A stretch of DNA of 63,575 bases, the filler included. It is 4 parts of 4 records of this genome, joined end to end, with 100 filler letters (N's around TTAATTAATTAA, not from the genome) between each part and the next. Parts side by side here need not be neighbours in the genome. Positions count along the whole stretch, not along the records: positions 1 to 23,640 come from DRR723986_577; 3 more parts are not named here. One strand, 5' to 3'. Numbering within the stretch: position 1 is the stretch's first letter; each line of letters starts with the position of its first letter. The position numbers and the translations under genes were made by a program. Positions 10,681-20,081 of the stretch are shown here, in pieces. The notes beneath the pieces were generated by a model. It made no database searches, was not told where the DNA came from, and saw only the letters and a list, made by a program, of their open reading frames with translations.

Positions 10681-13491
10681 ATGCGTATCCACTTAGTCGT
10701 ACTTGGATTGTTGACGTTGGCGACCTGTGCCGTCGCCGATGATGGTAATTCGCCATTAGCGCGAAGCCTGTCGACTGTCAGCGATCATGTGGAAAGTGGT
10801 GCCAGTGGGACCGAGTTTTGGATGGCCATGCCCAAAGATGGCAACAATAAGGTGACCAGTGAAGAGGCACGATTTGAAATTCACGTTACCTCCAATTACG
10901 AAACCAGAGTCTCACTGTATTATCCCGCCAGTGCTCCCTACGAACGCCACCTGAATGTCAAACCCGGCGAAGTCGCCAAATTTTCGTCCGCGCAAAACCA
11001 CTTGCAGGACGAATTCTGGGTGACACAGAAGGAGGGCCGCAACGCCCAAAAAGTCCGTAAGGGACTCTGTATTAAATCCGAGTACCCGGTTACAGTCACA
11101 TATTACTCGTTTGTCGGCGAATCTGTTGAATCCTGCCGCGTTCTGCCATACCATACTCTTGGGCTGGAATACCGGCTGGCGTCATACTATTCTCATGAAG
11201 AAGATGGTAAGCCACGTATAGGCGGCGGCATGATTCTGGCCACACGCAAAAACACAAAAGTGGAGATTGATCTGGCTGGAACACCAGGGTCGCGATCCCT
11301 GGACGGCCGGCCGGCCAATTCGCGTTATACAGTTTCGCTGGACTCTGGTGAAGTGTACGTTCTGGCGACGGCTTCCGATTCTTCGCGTAGTACGGACTTG
11401 AGTGGATCGAAAATTACGTCAGACAAGCCGATAGCGATAATGGCATTCCACTATGGAACACATCTGCCGCTGGCTGCCGAAGTAAAGAAAAGTTCGTTGT
11501 TGATAGAAATGCTGCCACCGGTCTCTTCCTGGGGGCAGACACACGTTGCGGTGAATACGCAACTGCCGTCAACAGCTGAAGTTGGTAATCACTATCGGAT
11601 TATGGCGGCTGAGGATAATACCCGCTATAGTATGACCCAAGTGAGCCGTTTTGACGGTGAGGTTATTGGGGCACGTAATGGTATTATCAGTAAAGCCGGT
11701 GAATGGAACGAATTTGGCGACGGAAATCCGGAAGACGGTGGTGGTTTATTGACCAACATCACAATCTGGACCACAGATAAACCAGTCCTGTTAATGCAGT
11801 ATGGGGTTTCACATTCGGAAGAGGGCGTTAGTCCTTTCATGACGACTGTGCCGCCGTTTGAGCAGTTTGTGACTGGTAAGACGACATTTTCTGTTCCCGA
11901 AGGAGTGGCGCAGATTCAACTCCTGGCGTTTAATCCTTCTGAAGAATCCCCCGGTGAACTAACAACCGTAAAATTTGACGGTGATGAGCTGGGCCAACTG
12001 GCACCACTATTTTATGGCAACCGTTTGAACGGAACCGGGATCTACTGGGTCAACAGGCCTGTTGTGGCCGGGAACGTGCATACGATAAGTTCTAAAGTTC
12101 CGTATTCAATTGTGATGCATGGCGGTGCCGCCAGTGGGCACTACGGTACTAACATGATTGGTGCGGCGTACAAAGTCGATCAGCCAGACAATGAACCACC
12201 AGTCCTGCAGTCCACAGCCGTTTGTTCTGAATTTCGCTTCACAGCCACCGAGCTGAAAGTCAAAAGCGTCGATGGCGAAATTGTGCAGTTGGACCAGGGG
12301 ATATCAAATATTCGATTGCTGCCTGAGCTGACAGACAATTTTGAACTGCGGCTTAACAATCCGATAGTTCTGGAGCCCTATGAAGGTCAGCAGAGTGTAC
12401 AATTTACTGTGCGGCCGATTGACCCGAGCCGCGATGGTGAAGCCGTATTTTTAGTTGAAGACCGCGCAGGTAATGTTGTCGTTGAATCGGTGGAATATGT
12501 TTACCAGCCCGACAATGCGATAATTGACGCCAGTTTGCAGCGTTATGACTTTGGGGTGATTCGTTCCGGACTGCAGCCGCGTAAGAGCGTTGAAATCCGC
12601 AACCCTTCAATCATTGAACCTTTGTTTATCGAACATATTGGTTTTACCCAAAGCAATGGTCCCTACTTTGTAGATGGTGATGATGGCTTCCAGCAAATTC
12701 CACCTGGCGGGGTTCTGGAAGTACAAATTGGGTATTCACCCAGACGCATTACGGCCGGCACATCAAATGCCGACACAGATACAATGCTTGTCAGAACCAA
12801 ATGCCGCGAATTCCGCTTAACAAGTTTTAAGGGCCAGGCGGGCCTGCCCCGCACTGCTCCGATTAACACGATCGACTTTGGGACAGTTGACATTGGTAAT
12901 TCCAAATGCATCGAAGATGTAATTACGATCACCAATATTGGCCATGTGCCGCTAACTCTAAAGCTGCAGGAACTGGCCGATCAGTTTGTCAATCAGGCCG
13001 GCGCACCGTTCTTCCTGGAAGATATCAACGGATTCGGCTACGGGGGTGTTAACCCTGTGCCACCAGGCGAATCTTACAGCTTGCGTGTTTTCTGTTTTGC
13101 GCCAACTGAAGAACGCGAGTACTCACGCACGTTCAAAGATTTTCACGATGGTGCCGGTGACAATGAATTTGAATTAAAAGGTCAAGGGAACAGAGTCACA
13201 AGTGCCGAAGAGTATTTTGATCCGCAGAGTAATGAATTAACAATACTCAATTCCAGTCCACATCCGATTATTGAAGACGCCAAAGTTAACGTGTTCGCGG
13301 CTACCCCCGGAACTTTTCAGTGGCGCCTTGTAGACCTTCTCGGCAAAGAATTTGCCGGCGGTGCATTTTACGTGAATTCGCGCGGTGTCCACCCACTGAA
13401 TCTACAACTTAACAAAGCTCCATCCGGGGTTTATGTTCTGGAATGTGCCGGCGCAGGACAGTCCAGTCGCCGCACTCTGGTAGTCAGATAA
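10681..13491 (+). CDS. T9SS cargo paralogue 2 (IgGFc-binding-like region, Ig/ASH domains, CTD)
   Basis: Signal peptide. Motifs GTEFWMAMP, DLSGSKITSDKPIA, PVSSWG, DRAGN, YDFGVI/IDFGTV. CTD LVDLLGK...PSGVYVL. Confidence 0.8.
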   Translation: MRIHLVVLGLLTLATCAVADDGNSPLARSLSTVSDHVESGASGTEFWMAMPKDGNNKVTSEEARFEIHVTSNYETRVSLYYPASAPYERHLNVKPGEVAKFSSAQNHLQDEFWVTQKEGRNAQKVRKGLCIKSEYPVTVTYYSFVGESVESCRVLPYHTLGLEYRLASYYSHEEDGKPRIGGGMILATRKNTKVEIDLAGTPGSRSLDGRPANSRYTVSLDSGEVYVLATASDSSRSTDLSGSKITSDKPIAIMAFHYGTHLPLAAEVKKSSLLIEMLPPVSSWGQTHVAVNTQLPSTAEVGNHYRIMAAEDNTRYSMTQVSRFDGEVIGARNGIISKAGEWNEFGDGNPEDGGGLLTNITIWTTDKPVLLMQYGVSHSEEGVSPFMTTVPPFEQFVTGKTTFSVPEGVAQIQLLAFNPSEESPGELTTVKFDGDELGQLAPLFYGNRLNGTGIYWVNRPVVAGNVHTISSKVPYSIVMHGGAASGHYGTNMIGAAYKVDQPDNEPPVLQSTAVCSEFRFTATELKVKSVDGEIVQLDQGISNIRLLPELTDNFELRLNNPIVLEPYEGQQSVQFTVRPIDPSRDGEAVFLVEDRAGNVVVESVEYVYQPDNAIIDASLQRYDFGVIRSGLQPRKSVEIRNPSIIEPLFIEHIGFTQSNGPYFVDGDDGFQQIPPGGVLEVQIGYSPRRITAGTSNADTDTMLVRTKCREFRLTSFKGQAGLPRTAPINTIDFGTVDIGNSKCIEDVITITNIGHVPLTLKLQELADQFVNQAGAPFFLEDINGFGYGGVNPVPPGESYSLRVFCFAPTEEREYSRTFKDFHDGAGDNEFELKGQGNRVTSAEEYFDPQSNELTILNSSPHPIIEDAKVNVFAATPGTFQWRLVDLLGKEFAGGAFYVNSRGVHPLNLQLNKAPSGVYVLECAGAGQSSRRTLVVR

Positions 13492-13672
13492 GCACTACTG
13501 TCTCGTCTATTCGCGCAATTTGATCTTGCGTTTTTACTACCCCTTTCGTAAACGCATTGACTCTCTGCACCATAAGTCCCGGTAGAATATTTAAATTAAG
13601 GCCCTACGATCAATTCGTAAAGGTAGGGGCAGGCTATAATTTACTGGCTCGGCTGCTGCAACGGCGCTTTAT

Positions 13673-16480
13673 GTGATGTGTCTAACGTTTGTGCGATGCG
13701 CCAATCAAAGAACAGAAAATACACAGGTAATAAACAGGATAATCCGTATTAACTCACCAGAACCAGATAGCAGGCCCACAGCTTTTCATCTACTGTTGGT
13801 AATCCTAGGATTATGCGTCGGCAGTAGTTTCTGCGCGCAAACCGTCGCAGTCGCGCAGCCGCTGACTCAAACTGGTGGATATGAATATTGGGTGGCAGTA
13901 CCGCCTAATGAAGAAGCTAACTTTGGTAGCGAAATAGAACTTGCTCTGGTCCTGACCGCATTTGAACAGGATGCTTCTGTCTACGTGGCAATCCCGTTTC
14001 TGGGTACTGCATTTACGCGTAATGTTGCAGCCGGCAGTTCCGAGCGTATCAGCAGTGTCGATGCAGAACTCTCCTGGGACCTTGAAGTTCGCGCTGCAGA
14101 GGCGGTTGTTAACAAGGGGATCTACCTGCAGTCTGATGTGCCGATCAACGCACGCCTTTACTCCGCCAGGTCTTTTTCATCCGATGCATATACGGCTGTT
14201 CCCGTGCATGCCTGGGGGCGGACTTACCGGCACATAGGATATTATGAACAGGCAGACGAAAACAAACGGCGCGGCTCCGGCTTTTTGATTGTGGCCGCCT
14301 ATGACAATACTGAAATTACGATTGCGCTGCAATCAAAGGTAGCGGGCCGGACCAGCAGCGGAAGAGATGCAAATTCAAGCTTTGATATCAGCCTCAGCCG
14401 CGGTGAAACCTATATGGTGCATGGCGATGGGGATATAGATGCGTTTGATTTGAGTGGTTCGCTGATCCAGGCCTCCAAAGCGGTCGGGGTGATTTCATTC
14501 CACATGCGTTCAATTGTACCGCTGGCTGTAGGCGGGGGAGACCGCAGTTTTCTGGTGGAAATGCAAGCGCCTGTGGAACAGTGGGGACGGCGTTATGTGA
14601 CGCGCGCGTTTGAGCGCACCGATTTTGGAGACTTCTTTCGGGTTATGGGCGCGGAGGACAACACCAGCGTGTCACTGCGCACTTATGATCCGGTGTCAGG
14701 TCAGGAAACACAGTCCCTTGATTTCCTCTTGAGCAAGGCCGGTGATTTTCGCGAATTCGGCGAATACGCGCCCGAAGCGTCAGCACGGCCCGAAGCGGTG
14801 CGCGGCATTTCTTACTGGGAAGCCGATAAGCCAATTCAAGTCGTAATGTATTCCTATTCTTCAATATGGGACGGCGCTTCCGGCTACAACCCATTTATGA
14901 TCTCGCTGACACCTCTGGAAAGCGCTTCCCAAACTGAAATCATCGATATTCCCAGCGGCACCGGGCTCGCGGTGGTCGACATCTATACCGAGTCGGCCTT
15001 GGAGGATGTTCAGAGTCTAAAGCTGAACGGCCAGGCGATTGAATTGATCGATAATGTTTTCCTGGGCCGGACTTATGGCGGGCAGGAACTGCGCTGTTCG
15101 CGTATTAGCCTGGCTCCCGGAGTACACAACATCAGCGGCTCAGCATTTTTTGTGGGAATGGTACATACAATTGGTGGCAACAGTATCCACGGCTTGCCAC
15201 TCGGCCGGCGTGCTTTTCCAGACCTGCAGACCGGAGGACCACAAGACGAAAATCCACAAGTCCGGCAGGAGAGCGTCGATTGTTTCAGCGCTCAAATGCG
15301 CGTTGAGTCCGGCAGTAATTCAGTGCCGCTGGCATTTATACGTGCCGACCAACCCGGACTGGCCAATATTCGTGTCGTTCCGGCGGACGCCCTGGAGATT
15401 GATCCGGCTGCCGACGTGCGCGCCCGAACCTTCAGCCTGGAAGTTATCGATCGCAGTCGCGATGCACGAGTTAACATCGAAGCCTTTGATCGCCGTGGCC
15501 TACGAGCCGCCCTGCGCTTTGAATACCTGGTCGCCCAGCTCAACTCCGCGCCGCCGGCAGTATTACACCAGAACCTCCAGACCGGCAACCAACGCGACAA
15601 TCAGCTGATAATCAGCAATCAGAGTGAAAACAATGCGGTGCAGATTAACTCTGTGCGCCTGCTGCACGGCGATCGTGGCGTTCGGATCGTCGAACGTCCG
15701 TCCACACCAACTCTGATTGAGCCGCTTCAGGATTTTCAGCTAAGAATCGAGTCGATTGCCGGTGAAGTTGGCACCGTATACGATACCTTGGTGGTTGCCG
15801 ACAGCTGCCGCGAGGCGCTGTTGATACCGATTGAAATTGGTGTTGAGCAGGGGATTGACGGTGAAGCGGTTGTTGTTGCGTCTGATTTTGACTTCGGGGG
15901 TGTACGCGTCGGTACTGAAGCCCAGCGCGAGGTGCCTGTGCGCAATATCGGCACGGAGCCACTGATCATAGACTGCGTGACGGACGCTACCAGCCCAGCC
16001 TTTACTTTTGTGCAGAGTGGCTGTGACATATTTTTTCCGCGGACTCTGGAGCCTGCGGAAGTGCTTTTGCTGGATGTCTTCTTCAGGCCGCAGGACGCCG
16101 TCGTCTACAGTACGGAGCTTGTGGTAAATTCAAATGCACGGGGTATAGACAGCCTCGTGAGTTTGTTTGGCCAGGGCCTTCCCAGGGTGACAGATGTACG
16201 TGAGGCCCGCCGCAGCCTGAGTGACGGACTGCATGTCTACCCCAATCCCGTGCGTGCACAGCTTACGGTCGAATTTGGCAGTAACGCGGAAGCTCAGGCG
16301 GCAGAGATCACCTGCCTGGACGTTTTGGGGCGTCCACTTGCCCTGGTAGCCGGCAGCCTCGATCCAGGCGCGGATGGCCGTCGCATTCTGGACACATCGG
16401 TACTTGCGCCAGGAGTTTACATTCTGGCCGTGAGACGCGGCCAAACAGTAGAAACCACAAGTTTTGTTGTGAGCGACTGA
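13673..16480 (+). CDS. T9SS cargo paralogue 3 (IgGFc-binding-like region, Ig/ASH domains, CTD); start uncertain
   Basis: Motifs GYEYWVAVPP, DLSGSLIQASKAV, PVEQWG, FDFGGV. CTD VYPNPV...LDVLGR...LAPGVYIL. Confidence 0.78.
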   Translation: MMCLTFVRCANQRTENTQVINRIIRINSPEPDSRPTAFHLLLVILGLCVGSSFCAQTVAVAQPLTQTGGYEYWVAVPPNEEANFGSEIELALVLTAFEQDASVYVAIPFLGTAFTRNVAAGSSERISSVDAELSWDLEVRAAEAVVNKGIYLQSDVPINARLYSARSFSSDAYTAVPVHAWGRTYRHIGYYEQADENKRRGSGFLIVAAYDNTEITIALQSKVAGRTSSGRDANSSFDISLSRGETYMVHGDGDIDAFDLSGSLIQASKAVGVISFHMRSIVPLAVGGGDRSFLVEMQAPVEQWGRRYVTRAFERTDFGDFFRVMGAEDNTSVSLRTYDPVSGQETQSLDFLLSKAGDFREFGEYAPEASARPEAVRGISYWEADKPIQVVMYSYSSIWDGASGYNPFMISLTPLESASQTEIIDIPSGTGLAVVDIYTESALEDVQSLKLNGQAIELIDNVFLGRTYGGQELRCSRISLAPGVHNISGSAFFVGMVHTIGGNSIHGLPLGRRAFPDLQTGGPQDENPQVRQESVDCFSAQMRVESGSNSVPLAFIRADQPGLANIRVVPADALEIDPAADVRARTFSLEVIDRSRDARVNIEAFDRRGLRAALRFEYLVAQLNSAPPAVLHQNLQTGNQRDNQLIISNQSENNAVQINSVRLLHGDRGVRIVERPSTPTLIEPLQDFQLRIESIAGEVGTVYDTLVVADSCREALLIPIEIGVEQGIDGEAVVVASDFDFGGVRVGTEAQREVPVRNIGTEPLIIDCVTDATSPAFTFVQSGCDIFFPRTLEPAEVLLLDVFFRPQDAVVYSTELVVNSNARGIDSLVSLFGQGLPRVTDVREARRSLSDGLHVYPNPVRAQLTVEFGSNAEAQAAEITCLDVLGRPLALVAGSLDPGADGRRILDTSVLAPGVYILAVRRGQTVETTSFVVSD

Positions 16481-16946
16481 TCCGCCTGACCAGTGTTCCG
16501 GTACCGCTATATATTTGGCACTTCTGAGCGTGCAAACTGAGATTATTCACTTCCTTGACTGTTGTACATCTGACTTTGTGCACAGCCTGATCCGGACATG
16601 CATTTCACTTTCCGGGGTTGGAAGACCTCCGGCGGATTCAAATGTTTCCAGCGTTTGGAGCAGGGACTAACAAGATGGTTTTGCAAGAATGTCGTGTACA
16701 GCCCGTCATATTCCATCTGAATTCGAAGTTTGGGTGCTTCGTAATTTAGTCGCACATTAGCGATGGTGTCAGGTCCCAATATACACCAATGCTTTCTTAC
16801 TGATACCCTCGATCAAGCGTTCCCCCAGGCGCTGCCGACAGGTCCACACTCTGTTCTTGAAAATGCCCATGCTACCGGAGTTCTGGTCCAACTCCTCCGC
16901 CAAGAGCAGACAACGCCGTATCCAAGTATTATTTAGGAGTATACAT

Positions 16947-19685
16947 ATGCGTTTCCTCAACCTATTTTTTGCGGTTCTGATTGCAAGTGCAATGTCAGTT
17001 TCTGCGCAGAACACAATGCCGTCTCTGTTGGATAATGCCAATGCGGGGACCGAGTTCGTCTTTAGTATGCCTCCCTGTTACGAGCAGGGTGGTGCCGATA
17101 ACTTTATTGCGGTGTACATTTCCTCACCGTATGAAACCAACGTAAAACTGACAATTCCCGGCCTGGGCATCGTTCGCACTATGAAGACGGTGGCCAACGG
17201 CGTGATTTTCTTTGCAATGTCACCGGCCGAAGCGCAACCGTTTAACAAGAATCAAAATCAGCCTGCACCTGCCCAGGATGTTTACCCTGGCGCGGCAGTA
17301 GTTATCACTTCCGACGATCCGATCGTGGCGTACGCCGTGACGCGTTTCCAGTTTACCTCCGACGGAGCAATGCTGGCACCAAGCGCGGCACTCGGAACTG
17401 AATATGTGATCGGTAGTATGGCGGATATGAGTGCTATGTATCCCGGCTTAAATCTTCCAAGTGAAACGACAATTTCTGCAGTAGCCGACCAAACAAAAAT
17501 CTGGTTCACTTTGGGCGGAAATGATCTGACGCGCACCAACAATGGCATGCAGCCAGGGCAAACACGCTCGTATACGCTCAATCGTGGCGACGTTCTGGCG
17601 ATTTCCTCGGTTACAGCCGGTGGTGATCTGAGCGGTAGTTATGTGCGTTCGGACAAACCCGTAGCCGTACTTTCCGGCAACCAATGTGCGAATGTGCCGA
17701 CTACCATACGCTGGTGTGATTACATCGTATCCGGAGAAATGCCTTTAAGCTCGTGGAGTAACAATTACCACATGCCGCGCCTTTCGCCACGTCCAGAAAA
17801 TGCGTGGGTTAAGATTTTTGCCGCAGAGAGCAACACAACAATTAAGCGCGATGGTCAAGACTTCGGTTTTATTGAAACCAACAAAGGTGGCCTGTCCGGC
17901 ACCGGTTATCTTGATGGCCAGGCTGCCGACGGCGACGGACGTCAGCTTGTGTTTACAGCCGACAAACCTATCTCCATTAAGTTCTTTAATCCCGGCCAGG
18001 AATTAGATGATATTACTTCCGATCCATATTCGATCCAGTTAACACCTGTGGACCAGTACGGGCATTATGTGTGGTTCTGCACACCCGGTGTGGCACAATC
18101 CTCTTTTTCTGAAAATTACCTCAGTCTGATTCATGTTGTCGATCCCGATGGTACTCTTTCGGAAGACCTGGAAATTGGAACTGTGGACGGCCCGAATATT
18201 CGCTGGCGCAAAATTCGCGATGTTTTTGGAAGCACACCGGGCGGTATCTTCACCTCAATTGGTGATGGCAAAACATGGGCCGAAAAACGCCTTGTAATGG
18301 ACCCGGTTGGTGCATTTGCTATTCGCAGTCTGGGCGAGCCATTCACGGCGTATTCCTATGGCCAGTCAAATTACGACACCTATGCTTTCCGCACCGGCGC
18401 AAGGATGAGTGACTTAACAGTTCCGGATGGCGCACCGCCACAAAACAGCTTCACGTCCGAAGGTAACGGCACTTTTGAAGGTCGTATTCAAGACGAAAGT
18501 GACGGCGAAGTTGCAGTGGGTCTTGCCGCTATTCGTGTTGTACCTGAGAACACTGTTAACATGAATATTGAGATTAACGACTTCGTTCCAGGCACAGTTG
18601 AGTCCGTAGAGTGGCGCGCGCAGGCAAGCGATCCCACGGAAGCAGCTGCAGCACAGATTGTGATGGTCGACCGCCGTGGTAACAGCGAAATGATTGACCT
18701 TTCGATTGAGCCATCCCCGACGCCAATTGAAGTGACACCTGCATCTGTTGACTTTGGAACAACACTGGTTGGCCAGAGTCTGGAAGAAGTGATTACTATC
18801 ACAAATACGAGTGAGACCGAAGCCCTGGAGCTGCGTACGATTCGTTTAAGTAATAATTCGGGTGCCTGGGAACTGAGCGACTTGCCGGCCTTGCCACTGC
18901 GTCTTCTGCCTGCAGATGGCAACAGTGAGCGTCACATTTTGCGTTTAACTGTGCGCTGGGTGCCGACCAATACCGGCGAGTTTTCAAACACTCTGCTGAT
19001 TGGTGCCGGTGTTGAACCCGAGCGTGTATTCACAACATTTTCGGCACGTACGGTTTCGCAGAGTTTCACAATTTCCGATGCGGATTTTGGTACGGTTTGG
19101 ACCGACGAGAATGAAATTGCGACGATCGATTTGCTTAACGACGGTGGTGCGGCTGTGCAGATTACGGCTGTGAGTATGCCGACCGATCCCGCCTTTACGT
19201 TTGTTGATTTGAATGCCGATCTGGGTGAACTGCCTGCCATGCTTAATCCCGGCGAAAACAAAGCTATCCGGATTGCCTTTGAACCGCTGCTCTCCAATAT
19301 CTATAACGCGACGATGGAAATTAGATTCCGCTTTGGCGACCTGGATGAGAAATCGCGTACGGTCGTGTTAAGTGGCACCGGCGAGAATCGCCCTGTATCC
19401 GTTAAGGAGGCAGAAGTGACGAACTTTGGTGTTAATGCGGCGGCAAATCCAAACCCGGCCTCAGCGGATGTTCAGCTCGATTTTGAGCTGTTAACCGCAC
19501 AGCTTGTTAACATTCGCGTTTATGATCTGCGTGGAACACTTGTGGCGGAACTTGCGCAGCAACAGTATCCGGCCGGCGTACAGCAGGTTAAACTCGACGT
19601 CTCGGCGCTTGCGGTTGGCAGCTATTTCTGTCGTCTTGAGGCTGGTGGTTCGGTGCTTTCCCTGCCTATTAACGTTAAGCGTTAA
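16947..19685 (+). CDS. T9SS cargo paralogue 4 (IgGFc-binding-like region, Ig/ASH domains, CTD)
   Basis: AGGAG RBS before ATG 16947; signal peptide MRFLNLFFAVLIASAMSVSA. Motifs GTEFVFSMPP, DLSGSYVRSDKPVAV, DRRGN, VDFGT. CTD PNPAS...YDLRG...LAVGSYFCRLE. Confidence 0.82.
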   Translation: MRFLNLFFAVLIASAMSVSAQNTMPSLLDNANAGTEFVFSMPPCYEQGGADNFIAVYISSPYETNVKLTIPGLGIVRTMKTVANGVIFFAMSPAEAQPFNKNQNQPAPAQDVYPGAAVVITSDDPIVAYAVTRFQFTSDGAMLAPSAALGTEYVIGSMADMSAMYPGLNLPSETTISAVADQTKIWFTLGGNDLTRTNNGMQPGQTRSYTLNRGDVLAISSVTAGGDLSGSYVRSDKPVAVLSGNQCANVPTTIRWCDYIVSGEMPLSSWSNNYHMPRLSPRPENAWVKIFAAESNTTIKRDGQDFGFIETNKGGLSGTGYLDGQAADGDGRQLVFTADKPISIKFFNPGQELDDITSDPYSIQLTPVDQYGHYVWFCTPGVAQSSFSENYLSLIHVVDPDGTLSEDLEIGTVDGPNIRWRKIRDVFGSTPGGIFTSIGDGKTWAEKRLVMDPVGAFAIRSLGEPFTAYSYGQSNYDTYAFRTGARMSDLTVPDGAPPQNSFTSEGNGTFEGRIQDESDGEVAVGLAAIRVVPENTVNMNIEINDFVPGTVESVEWRAQASDPTEAAAAQIVMVDRRGNSEMIDLSIEPSPTPIEVTPASVDFGTTLVGQSLEEVITITNTSETEALELRTIRLSNNSGAWELSDLPALPLRLLPADGNSERHILRLTVRWVPTNTGEFSNTLLIGAGVEPERVFTTFSARTVSQSFTISDADFGTVWTDENEIATIDLLNDGGAAVQITAVSMPTDPAFTFVDLNADLGELPAMLNPGENKAIRIAFEPLLSNIYNATMEIRFRFGDLDEKSRTVVLSGTGENRPVSVKEAEVTNFGVNAAANPNPASADVQLDFELLTAQLVNIRVYDLRGTLVAELAQQQYPAGVQQVKLDVSALAVGSYFCRLEAGGSVLSLPINVKR

Positions 19686-19715
19686 GCAAAGCGTCCAGGT
19701 GTGATTGTGTTTAAG

Positions 19716-19785
19716 GGGCGGTGGATTCTGCCGCCCGCCAATCTAAGCAGGGGCGTCCTTCAGCGATGGGCGTCCCTGTTTGTTT
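19716..19785 (+). terminator. Two GC-rich hairpins, the second followed by a T-rich tail (probable terminator)
   Basis: GGGCGGTGG/CTGCCGCCC, then AAGCAGGGGCGTCC...GGGCGTCCCTGTTTGTTT. Confidence 0.6.
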
Positions 19786-20081
19786 AAGCTCAGGTGCTGC
19801 ATGTTTCGAGTCCCTTATGAGCGCTTTGAGCTGCCTTGATGTCGTTTAGTGAAATTGCAATCATGGAATTGTTGCATTGCGGCGGCATCTCAGGCTTTTT
19901 GAGCTTCTTGTTCATTGTTGACGCCCACGTCTCGAGTCTTTGAGCCTAGCTCAGCGACGCATTTTATTGCTCAGTCATGTTGCATGGTTTTAAAGCCGTG
20001 AAACAACAAGTCGGCGGAAGTCCAGCGTGTGACAGTAACCTGCCAAAGCTCTGGTGCCGGCGCCTACTTCTGGAGAATTCG

